A stretch of 57,090 nucleotides of DNA, the filler included, from Candidatus Tectimicrobiota bacterium (GTDB lineage Bacteria > JACPUC01): assembly GCA_016192455.1 (NCBI GenBank). It is 5 parts of 5 records of this genome, joined end to end, with 100 filler letters (N's around TTAATTAATTAA, not from the genome) between each part and the next. Parts side by side here need not be neighbours in the genome. Positions count along the whole stretch, not along the records: positions 1 to 4,422 come from JACPUC010000010.1; positions 4,523 to 18,037 come from JACPUC010000013.1; 3 more parts are not named here. One strand, 5' to 3'. Made by a program: the position numbers and the translations under genes. The notes beneath the pieces were generated by a model. It was not told where the DNA came from and ran no database searches. It saw only the letters and a program-made list of their open reading frames with translations. This document shows positions 1 through 7,123 of this stretch, piece after piece (the stretch's first letter is position 1; each line of letters opens with the position of its first letter).

Positions 1-99
1 CTCTACGAGGTATGGGGGAAGCGACCACCGAAGCCTGGCACAAAGCAGATGACGCTCGACCTGGAGGGGCGAGGAGGGGACGAGGACGAAGCTCTTTGA
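1..99 (+). CDS. 3' end of a truncated gene ending in a putative clamp-binding motif (QMTLDL)
   Basis: Frame +1 reads LYEVWGKRPPKPGTKQMTLDLEGRGGDEDEAL* with TGA at 97-99. The 5' part lies outside the window. Confidence 0.45.
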   Translation, partial: LYEVWGKRPPKPGTKQMTLDLEGRGGDEDEAL

Positions 100-250
100 C
101 GGGATGAACATGGAAGGCTAAAAACACATCCCATTGGTATTCTCACATCACATGGGATTCTTGCACGTTCCAAGGGCGGTGCTCCTTTCCGAGGTCGCAG
201 AGGGGGCGCCTTCTTGCCCCAACGTGGCGATCTGGTTGGCGGAGGTCTGG

Positions 251-751
251 ATGGGAAGACCACGCACGCCGCTCACCTTGACTGCTGAGGAGCAGGCCAC
301 CCTGCGCGCGTGGGCGCACGCCGGCGCCACCGCACCACGCTTGGCGCAGCGTGCCACGGCGATCCTCCTGGCCGCCGACGGGTTGCCCTGGAAAGAGATT
401 TGTCGGCGAACTGGCTTGAGCTTGGAGAACAGCCTCAAGTGGCAACGCCGCTTCCGCGGCCAGCGACTGGAAGGCCTGCGCGACCGACCCCGGCCCGGAC
501 CGCCGCGGCGCATCTCGCCGCAGCGGAAAACCCTCCTCATCGCCCTGGCCTGCAGCCTCCCTCCCGACGGCGGCCGGCGCTGGAGCGTCCGCACGTTGGC
601 CAAGGCATGTCAGGTCAGCACCGCGAGCGTACAACGCATCCTCTCGGTGGGGCAGCGCACGCAGCGCACCCCCCAGAGCAACATCAAAGATAGGGGCTCC
701 GGAATTACCGTGGAACGCCAGATGAAGCCTGAGACAACGCCACGGGCATGA
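251..751 (+). CDS. IS630-family transposase N-terminal HTH region only (no DDE domain)
   Basis: GGAGG RBS before ATG 251. Motifs LTAEEQATL...RATAILLAADG...KWQRRF...GLRDRPRPGPPR...WSVRTLA are typical of IS630 HTH domains. The ORF stops before any catalytic domain. Confidence 0.8.
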   Translation: MGRPRTPLTLTAEEQATLRAWAHAGATAPRLAQRATAILLAADGLPWKEICRRTGLSLENSLKWQRRFRGQRLEGLRDRPRPGPPRRISPQRKTLLIALACSLPPDGGRRWSVRTLAKACQVSTASVQRILSVGQRTQRTPQSNIKDRGSGITVERQMKPETTPRA

Positions 752-1841
752 TCGCCGCACCGTACCCTTCGCCGATGATGTGCACCGGCTCGAGCGGCCC
801 GCCTAGCCCCATACGCACCACGTCCCTCACCGGTGCCATCGCCGCTTGCAGATGCTTTGGATTGAGCGCCACCTCCAGCACTGAAGCGCAAGAGGTCCAC
901 CTGGAGCACACCAGGCCTTTTTCAAGGGTCTCTGTGGACATCCCGCGCTTGTTCGCCGTGGTAATCGTCAGCCTTGGCGGTTCCTTCTTGAAGAAGAAGC
1001 GCGCGACGCGGCTGGATGGGCTGGTCAGGCGCGCTGCTCGACGCAGGCCCGCGGCGAGGTGACGCTTCGGAATCCGGATCTCGATGGGGTGTCTGACGTG
1101 GAGACGGAAAGGGGGCCGGGGAGGTTCCTCTGCAAGGCAGTTGAGCGACAGAGTGAGCCGCTTGCCGGTGAGCACCAGGTTCTCCTTCCCCAAACGCAGC
1201 TCGACCTCCTCGTCCTTGCCGAAGCCCCTGAGCAAGGGCCGAGCGGCCGCCGCGATGACCACCTGCATCTCTGACTCGTCCCTCGTCCCAGCACGGAGCG
1301 TCAAGGCACTGACAAGGCGGTCGCGGTCCATGGCCTGGCAGACGAGATAGTCTCGGCCCACCGCAAGGACCACGGAATGTGCTGGGTCGGTTCCGTTGAC
1401 ACCCTGGCAGACGGTGGAAAAGAGAGACGCGAGCTGCCCCGCCTTGACGTGAAGCACGGCATTGTTCTCGTCCTTGGGCAATGTGATGTCTTCTTCGTCC
1501 ATCATCAACCTGTTGAGCCTGTATGACGCAACCCCGCTCTGTAACGTCACGCCTTTCGCGTTGTATTCGACAGCGACCTGCTCGGTGGTGAAGTCCTTGC
1601 TGACCTCGTGCAGCTTCCTCGCGGAGACGTAGGCGTAGCCGGGGGCCCATGGGTCCGCGGTTTCTCCGGTCATCGCTATATGGGCCTCAAGCACCGCTGC
1701 GGGCCCCCTCGCCGCCACCCTCAACATCCCGTCCTTCCCCGACAACCTGATGGCCGGCGCGTGCAGCCCGATGGAGCTGGTGATCTTGTTGGCCACCTCC
1801 ATCACCTTCCTGAACTCGTCAGCCCTAACCGTGCACTTCAT
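705..1841 (-). CDS. dnaN: Divergent DNA polymerase III beta sliding clamp (DnaN-like), 378 aa
   Basis: Clamp-sized protein. MKCTV start, VSARKLHEV, TLQSG, AMDRDRL (cf. ATDGHRL), VALNPKHL (cf. GFNxxY) and C-terminal IMPV (cf. VMPM). No dnaA/recF neighbours. Confidence 0.75.
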   Translation of the reverse strand: MKCTVRADEFRKVMEVANKITSSIGLHAPAIRLSGKDGMLRVAARGPAAVLEAHIAMTGETADPWAPGYAYVSARKLHEVSKDFTTEQVAVEYNAKGVTLQSGVASYRLNRLMMDEEDITLPKDENNAVLHVKAGQLASLFSTVCQGVNGTDPAHSVVLAVGRDYLVCQAMDRDRLVSALTLRAGTRDESEMQVVIAAAARPLLRGFGKDEEVELRLGKENLVLTGKRLTLSLNCLAEEPPRPPFRLHVRHPIEIRIPKRHLAAGLRRAARLTSPSSRVARFFFKKEPPRLTITTANKRGMSTETLEKGLVCSRWTSCASVLEVALNPKHLQAAMAPVRDVVRMGLGGPLEPVHIIGEGYGAAIMPVALSQASSGVPR

Positions 1842-1939
1842 CCCATCCCTTACACTTACGAGGGTACTTGGGCCTCCAAACCACCGGGGCCCATCTATCA
1901 GCTGGAGGAGAGGCTCACGGCCACCCTGGGAAGACCCCG

Positions 1940-2353
1940 CGTGCCCACCTGCGGGGTTCGCCCAGCACACGCGCGAGCACCGCCATGGGGAACTTCGCCG
2001 CCAGGCTCATGACCGTCCCCCGTCCCTGCGCAGGTGGGAGGTCAAGAGACTGGAGGCTTGTTTTGCCGCGTCCAGCTCCGCGATGCGGGCCGCCGCCGGA
2101 TCACGCTCCGCCTCGCATAGGAACAGACTCGGGACGCCGTCAAGCAGCTTCGTCCGCCACGTTCCCAGCAAGGAGGGCTTGATCCTGTACTCGCGACAGA
2201 CCTCCGCCGGGGTCTTCACCCCGCTCAGAATCTCCAGGACCCGTTCCGTCTTGAACGCTGCTGAATACTCCCGGTACTTTCCCATCGGTGACCTTCCGGT
2301 TGGAGAGTCTGCTCTTCCTTTTGCGAACTGTCCAACTTTCCTGGGTCACTACA
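1940..2353 (-). mobile_element. IS3-family (IS150 group) remnant: left IR, orfA and start of orfB
   Basis: Minus-strand IR TGTAGTGACCCAGGAAAGTTGGACA (2329-2353) resembles the IS150 terminus. OrfA follows, then an orfB-like start MSLAAKFPMAVLARVLG that decays. No right IR found, so the left boundary is approximate. Confidence 0.7.
2007..2285 (-). CDS. IS3-family transposase OrfA (HTH_Tnp_1)
   Basis: MGKYREYSAAFKTERVLEILSGVKTPAEVCREYRIKPSLLGTWR is a typical OrfA helix-turn-helix. Confidence 0.8.
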   Translation of the reverse strand: MGKYREYSAAFKTERVLEILSGVKTPAEVCREYRIKPSLLGTWRTKLLDGVPSLFLCEAERDPAAARIAELDAAKQASSLLTSHLRRDGGRS

Positions 2354-2609
2354 GTTTCTGCATTCCTTGCATCACGCAGGACGCCCATCTGGTGTTTGCG
2401 GGTTCCTATGAAACTCTTCGAGTGCTCGTTCTACGCCGCACTTCTTATACACCTTCCCCATAATCGCTCCACGACAGAAGCAGACCAAGAGGCCAAGAGG
2501 CTAATCCGGCCCTGGCAAGCATTCCTTCTACTTCTCTCGCGGATTGCAGGGACCGCGGCGGGCCAAAAGGCAGATTTCACCGGCGCGGTATAGTAGTAGG
2601 CGAGGGACG

Positions 2610-2830
2610 GAGAGGCTGACTGATGGTGCGACCCCAGAGGGTGTAGGCAAGTCAGCGGGAGGGTGGCAGCACCCAGGGCAACAACCTCAGTAGGCAAGAG
2701 CCGAGTCACCCAACCACCGGAAGGAACCCCGGAGCGAACCCACCGCGACGCACGGTGGGGCGGCGGAGAGGCCGCGGCGGTGCCCGCAAGGGTGAGAGTG
2801 CCGACCTAAACTCCGAGCGGATTGCCTGGA
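2610..2830 (+). ncRNA. Candidate structured non-coding RNA of unknown family
   Basis: Stems: GCTGACT(2615-21)/AGTCAGC(2650-56); GGGTG-GCAG-CACCC; TAGGCAA(2691-97)/TTGCCTG(2822-28) enclosing CCGG..CCGG, CCCACCG/CGGTGGG, GCGGC/GCCGC and GCCC-GCAA-GGGT. No credible ORF. Confidence 0.45.
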
Positions 2831-2835
2831 CCGAT

Positions 2836-2908
2836 CATGTGAGCGTAGGGCGGGAGCTGGCCGGCTCGCCCCTGAAGATGACAGGCTCGGTCGAAACGCT
2901 CACACATG
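2836..2908 (+). ncRNA. Type III hammerhead ribozyme
   Basis: Stem III GTGAGCGT/ACGCTCAC; cleavage triplet GUA (cut after A2847); stem I GGGCG/CGCCC; core CTGAAGA (2872-78); one extra U; stem II GAC/GTC; GAAA (2893-96). Confidence 0.85.
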
Positions 2909-2952
2909 GGAGAGACACTCAGGCATTACCATCGCACTCAGGCGGCAAGGGT

Positions 2953-3123
2953 GTGCAGGCAGAGGTGAACGGAAAGAAGCTGACGATCACCGTGGACCTC
3001 GACGGCAACTACGGTCCGTCATCCACCGGCAAGCCCATCATCGTGGCAACCACGAGCGGCTTCGTGAAGGTGCCCGGCCACGAGGACATCTCCTTCAGCA
3101 TCAACGTGAACAAGAAGAAGTAA
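2953..3123 (+). CDS. Small hypothetical protein (MGE-type)
   Basis: GTG start. VQAEVNGKKLTITVDLDGNYGPSSTGKPIIVATTSGF..., strongly GC3-biased codons, followed by hairpin GGGGCGC-TCCG-GCGCCCC. Confidence 0.7.
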   Translation: MQAEVNGKKLTITVDLDGNYGPSSTGKPIIVATTSGFVKVPGHEDISFSINVNKKK

Positions 3124-3181
3124 GCGGGGACAAACGGCGGGGCGCTCCGGCGCCCCACCACAACAGGGATGAGAGCACATA

Positions 3182-3355
3182 ATGGACACCATGGTCGTGA
3201 AGCAGCGAGAACGACTGTAACTGGTCACTGGCAGTTCGAAACCGGAGGTGTGCGACCATTGCAACGCCATGATTCTGCCGGATGATCCCGTAGAGATCGA
3301 GTACCTTGGCAAAGATGATGTTGTGGGCATCCGCCATCAGGAATGCCCTCTTTAG
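3182..3355 (+). pseudogene. Small CxxC...HxxC (zinc-finger-like) protein with an in-frame TAA
   Basis: Reads MDTMVVKQRERL*LVTGSSKPEVCDHCNAMILPDDPVEIEYLGKDDVVGIRHQECPL*, with TAA at 3218-3220. Confidence 0.45.
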
Positions 3356-3423
3356 GAGAGCGAAACATGGTCCGACACTGCAACCGATTGCAGAAGAAGA
3401 CTGCTGTGAAAGGAAAGCAGCAC

Positions 3424-3648
3424 ATGGAAACAACCAGGGTTCTCATCATCATCGAAGGCGGCGCAGTGCGCGACGTGTATGCCGACGCGGAAAACGTCGA
3501 GGTGCTGATTGTTGACTACGACACGGATGGTGTCGAGCCGGAGTCCATCAAGCGATCCGTCCATGGCGATGACTACGTAGGCCGCATCGAGCCGGCTGCG
3601 GTCGATCCCGAACTGACCGGCGCCTTCTTCGCCAGGGAACAAGAGTAG
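3424..3648 (+). CDS. Small acidic hypothetical protein (MGE-type)
   Basis: AAGGA RBS. METTRVLIIIEGGAVRDVYADAENVEVLIVDYDTDG..., with coding-like codon usage. Confidence 0.7.
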   Translation: METTRVLIIIEGGAVRDVYADAENVEVLIVDYDTDGVEPESIKRSVHGDDYVGRIEPAAVDPELTGAFFAREQE

Positions 3649-3662
3649 ACCAGGAGCGCGTC

Positions 3663-3872
3663 ATGTCGCAGGGGGAAGCAAGCGTGAGGCGCAAGGTCTG
3701 GCAGATCACCATCGACGGCGCCGAGGAACCCTATGAACTCGACGAGCATGGACAGATCGTCGAGTGCAGCGAGAAACCCGCGGTGCAGATGAGCCTCTTT
3801 GACTCCGAAGCAAGGAGAGACGCGCATGCCCAGCTACACCTACCGCAACCAGGTGATTCCCTTCTAGCATGA
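3663..3872 (+). CDS. Small hypothetical protein with beta-clamp-binding motif QMSLF
   Basis: AGGAG RBS. QMSLF at 3786-3800 matches the QL[S/D]LF consensus. Confidence 0.6.
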   Translation: MSQGEASVRRKVWQITIDGAEEPYELDEHGQIVECSEKPAVQMSLFDSEARRDAHAQLHLPQPGDSLLA

Positions 3873-4422
3873 TCAGGTCATCGCCCTGCCACTTTCTTTC
3901 GTCACCCCCGATCCCACCCAGCCGCGCAAGAAGTTCAGCCGCGAGCCCCTTGAGGGGCTTGCGGCCAGCATCGCCAGGGAGGGACTTCTCCAGCCCATCA
4001 CCGTCAGGCAGGACGGCGCCCGCTTCATCATCGTCACCGGCGAGCGCCGCTACCGCGCCTCGTGCATCGCCAAGACGGGGACCATCCGGGCGCTTGTCGA
4101 GCCGAAGCGCGACGCCGGCGAAGTGCTGGGCAAGCAGGTGCTGGAGAACATGGTCCGCGAGGACATGAACCCCATCGAGGAAGCGGAGGGAATGAAACGG
4201 CTGCTCGATGCCGGCTACTCGCTCGATGAGGTGACGCGCACCGTTGGTAAGAAACCGGCCACCGTCGAACGGGACCTTGAGCTGCTCAAGCTGGCCCCCG
4301 AGGTGCGGCACATGCTCACCGCGTCGCCTGAGCAGCGCATGGGCAAGAGGCTGGCCTACGAGCTGGTGAAGTTGAGCCACCAAGGCCAACGCGCCGTGCT
4401 GCGCAAGATCGGCGGCAAGCCA
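3826..4422 (+). pseudogene. parB: ParB/Spo0J-family partition protein with in-frame TAG at codon 14; cut by contig end
   Basis: AAGGAG RBS, ATG 3826, TAG 3865-67. The same frame continues PDPTQPRKKF...LAASI...GLLQPITVR...IVTGERRYRA...ENMVREDMNPIEEA plus an HTH. Confidence 0.85.
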
Positions 4423-4522
4423 NNNNNNNNNNNNNNNNNNNNNNNNNNNNNNNNNNNNNNNNNNNNTTAATTAATTAANNNNNNNNNNNNNNNNNNNNNN
4501 NNNNNNNNNNNNNNNNNNNNNN
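4423..4522. other. Artificial contig linker
   Basis: 44 N + TTAATTAATTAA (stop codons in all frames) + 44 N. Confidence 0.98.
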
Positions 4523-4827
4523 CTGCTTGAGCCAGGGGCGGGGCAGCCATCTGCCTGGGCGTTGACGCAGACAGGCGCCTGCGGGCAGGCAGGCGTCGTC
4601 CAGCTTCCTGAACCCGACGCACCAGGACGACGACCCCGCACCCTGACCTATCACCCCTGCCGGGAACCATTACCCCGACAGGCTCCTAGGCGCACAGCGC
4701 TCCGGGAGTCCTTGAAGTCGGGGTCGGGGTAGCGCCTACGTCGTGCAGGAAAACGCGGCGGGCTGCCTCAGCGCGCGGGTGGATAAGGCGGTGCCGTGTC
4801 CCGCCACATCACCTCATCCCAGCTTAT

Positions 4828-4852
4828 ACCGCCTCTTCCTCGAACAACCGCC
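4828..4852 (+). repeat. 25-bp direct repeat, copy 1 (duplicate of the hpf 3' end)
   Basis: ACCGCCTCTTCCTCGAACAACCGCC, identical to 5771-5795. Confidence 0.9.
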
Positions 4853-4984
4853 TGCAGCCGACTGTCTCCAGCGCCCGCTGCGCTCCCGCTTCCGGCAGCG
4901 GCTGAGGCGTGGCGTTCGGGCGTCGTTCGACCGTATCACGGAGAGACAGGTTGTGTGAAGCGCGAGGAGCGGGAGAATGTTCCT

Positions 4985-5227
4985 GTGCCGACTGTCTTGA
5001 GGAGTGGGCCGTATCGTGTATACTTCTTCAGCCATGAGCCGGACGAGCCAGCGCACGCGCACGTCGACCGCGACGATGCGTCGGCAAAGTTCCGGCTCCA
5101 ACCGGTCGCGCTGGTGCGGAACTTCGGATTTCCCGCGCCTGAGCTGCGGCGAATACGAACGCTGATCGAGGAGCACCAGGCAAGCGTATTGGAGGCGTGG
5201 AATGGGCACTTTGGCGCTAGGCGCTGA
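4985..5227 (+). CDS. DUF4160 family protein (putative toxin-antitoxin component)
   Basis: MPTVLRSGPYRVYFFSHEPDEPAHAHV...AKF...EAWNGHFG. Overlaps the DUF2442 gene. Confidence 0.85.
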   Translation: MPTVLRSGPYRVYFFSHEPDEPAHAHVDRDDASAKFRLQPVALVRNFGFPAPELRRIRTLIEEHQASVLEAWNGHFGARR

Positions 5228-5510
5228 CGAGCGGGTGCGGGACGTGCGGTTTTCCGAGGACTCGCTGATTGTCGATTTGAAGGACGGTCGAACGATCTCG
5301 GCGCCGCTGGAGTGGTTCCCGAGGCTGGCGGTGGCCACGGCGCAGCAGCGCGAGAATTGGACCGTGTGCGCGGCTGGTTACGGCATCCATTGGCCGGACC
5401 TGGATGAGGACCTTAGTACAGAAGGCTTGCTCCGGGGCGCGCCTGCGCCAAGCCCCGAGACCGGCCGCCAAACAAAACGCCCACGCCGCGGAAAGACGCG
5501 GCGCGGGTGA
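5202..5510 (+). CDS. DUF2442 family protein (partner of DUF4160)
   Basis: VDLKDGRTISAPLEWFPRL...GYGIHWPDLDEDLSTEGLLRG. Confidence 0.9.
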   Translation: MGTLALGADERVRDVRFSEDSLIVDLKDGRTISAPLEWFPRLAVATAQQRENWTVCAAGYGIHWPDLDEDLSTEGLLRGAPAPSPETGRQTKRPRRGKTRRG

Positions 5511-5766
5511 GCTTTCGCGTTATTCAAACGACCTCAATTGAGCGATTCCAGCGCAACGGGGCTGGAGAATCGCTGGTGCGGCGTCATGGCGGCACGTGCC
5601 GGCACGTGAGGAGACGATGGTTCGCTTTTTCGGGCATCTCAGCGCCCCGCAGGAGCGTGTTCACAGGGCGAGATGACCGCGCCTGCCGCGTCGTGAGGCA
5701 GACCACTCCTTCCGGGCTGCCGGTGCGGCGCGGCATTGATGGCGAAAACCACCGCACTACCTCGCC

Positions 5767-6165
5767 CTACACCGCCTCTTCCTCGAACAACCGCCGCAGC
5801 TCGGCTTCGTCGAGTTCCGGCGGGCCAGCCTCGGCGGGAACCTCTGCCGCCGCGCTGAGCTGCGCACGCCTCGCGGCGTACTGTTTCTTCGGGTTGCGCG
5901 CTTGATCTTGGCGCTTGGTCTTGGTGCGCTTCACCACGCGGTCGATCTTTTCGGCGCAGAGATCGACGGCGCGCAGGATGTCCACATCCGACGCCTCGAC
6001 GCGCAGCGGCCGGATGCGCGGCAAGGTCATGTTCACCTTGCAGGTGCGCTTCTCGCCGCCGCGGGCGCCTTGCGCGTCGCTCAGCTCGATCTCCAGCGTG
6101 ATGGCCCGCTCCCCAATGAGGTGCTCCACCGCGGCGCGCGAATCTTGGCGGCGAGGTTGATGAGG
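5767..6165 (-). pseudogene. hpf: HPF/RaiA ribosome hibernation protein, 5'-truncated and fused to an IS remnant
   Basis: LEIELSDAQGARGGEKRTCKVNMTLP...LRVEASDVDILRAVDLCAEKIDRVVKR is HPF/RaiA-like. The native N-terminus is missing. Confidence 0.65.
5771..5795 (+). repeat. 25-bp direct repeat, copy 2
   Basis: Identical to 4828-4852. Encodes RRLFEEEAV on the minus strand. Confidence 0.9.
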
Positions 6166-6422
6166 GTGCGACAATATGCCCATGCCGCGCAGGTAGCGCT
6201 TGCAGAGGGCGAGGCCGCCACGTCCGCCGAGGGTATCCGTGGTGATCTCCACCGCGTCAAGGCGCGGCGATTCAGCCTTGCTTCGGGAGGCGATTCGTGC
6301 CATGCTCAAGCTCCACCCATTAGGTTCCGCGTGGTAACCTCCATGCGACGGTGTAATTCTTTTGTCTGTAACATCTTAACCAAAAGGGGGTTCTTCCCCA
6401 GGAAAGAATCGCTCAGACTAGG
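6165..6422 (-). mobile_element. IS1380-like remnant (left end plus first ~46 codons of transposase)
   Basis: Minus-strand end CCTAGTCTGAGCGATTC, an AT-rich leader, then MARI...VEITTDTLGGRGGLALCKRYL, resembling IS1380 transposase N-termini. Confidence 0.55.
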
Positions 6423-6496
6423 TGTTGGACAGTGCTGCGATCTTTTGTTGGATTATGATCATTGGGTGCTGAGTTGTTAATTTCAGGAGGTTATAA

Positions 6497-6712
6497 GTGG
6501 CCAACGAATTTACAGCCATCATTGAACGTGACGGTGATTGGTACATCGCTTACTGTCCTGAAATTCCCGGCGCGAATGGTCAGGGGAAGACCAAGAAAGA
6601 GGCTCGGGATAATCTAGCTGAAGCGATTGCGCTGGTCTTGGAGGATAGGCGAAGGGATGGCCTTCGTGGAGTTCCTCGGGATGCGATTCGGGAGAAGGTG
6701 CGAGTGAAGTGA
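6497..6712 (+). CDS. hicB: HicB antitoxin (short form)
   Basis: AGGAGG RBS. FTAIIERDGDWYIAYCPEIPGANGQGKTKKEARDNLAEAI. Confidence 0.92.
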   Translation: MANEFTAIIERDGDWYIAYCPEIPGANGQGKTKKEARDNLAEAIALVLEDRRRDGLRGVPRDAIREKVRVK

Positions 6713-6900
6713 GGCGTGCCGCCCTTCTCCGTCATCTCCGTAGACATGGATGTCATCTCAAACGTGAAGGTAGGTCCCACTCCCTTTGGATCAACCCCCA
6801 GACCGGCGGTGTTGAAGCCGTTCCTCGCCATCCTGAAATCCCAGAGAAACTAGCTCAAAGGATCTGTCGAGGTCTTTCAGTACCTGAAATTGGTGCCTAG
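6709..6900 (+). CDS. hicA: HicA toxin (mRNA interferase)
   Basis: LLRHLRRHGCHLKREGRSHSLWINP...AVPRHPEI; GTGA overlap with hicB. Confidence 0.92.
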   Translation: MRRAALLRHLRRHGCHLKREGRSHSLWINPQTGGVEAVPRHPEIPEKLAQRICRGLSVPEIGA

Positions 6901-6907
6901 CAGGCCT

Positions 6908-6996
6908 CTCTAACAATGGCGTGGAGCGGACGCCGGGGACAACGCAGCGTCTCCCGACAAACCGTTGCAGCGCCGCTCGGCAGGCCGTCGTTGAGG
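6908..6996 (+). repeat. Integron attC-like site (degenerate)
   Basis: CTCTAAC (R''-like) 7 bp after the hicA stop; imperfect inverted repeat AACAATGGC..GAGCGGACGC / GCGCCGCTC..GCCGTCGTT; ends GTTGAGG (R'-like). Confidence 0.6.
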
Positions 6997-7123
6997 TCAC
7001 GAAAAGGATTGCGCCTGCCTGTGCGTCGCACGCGGACAGGTGGCCACGAAAGCCGGTCAACGCCACGGCGCCATCCTCCTCTGCCCTTCCCAATCTCGGC
7101 GCGCTGGGTTGTGGATGAGGGCC

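Noticed and set aside
2615-2660. Second hammerhead at CTGATGG
   Set aside because: It lacks the CUGANGA and GAAA core arrangement.
3826-3867. Amber recoding (code 15 or pyrrolysine) in contig 1
   Set aside because: TAG terminates neighbouring ORFs (3353-55, 3646-48), the clamp gene has no internal TAG, and the other broken ORF has TAA. Decay is the simpler explanation.
4423-4522. Repeated TTAATTAATTAA flanked by N runs (four copies)
   Set aside because: Artificial contig linker. ORFs running into it and gene adjacency across it are artefacts.
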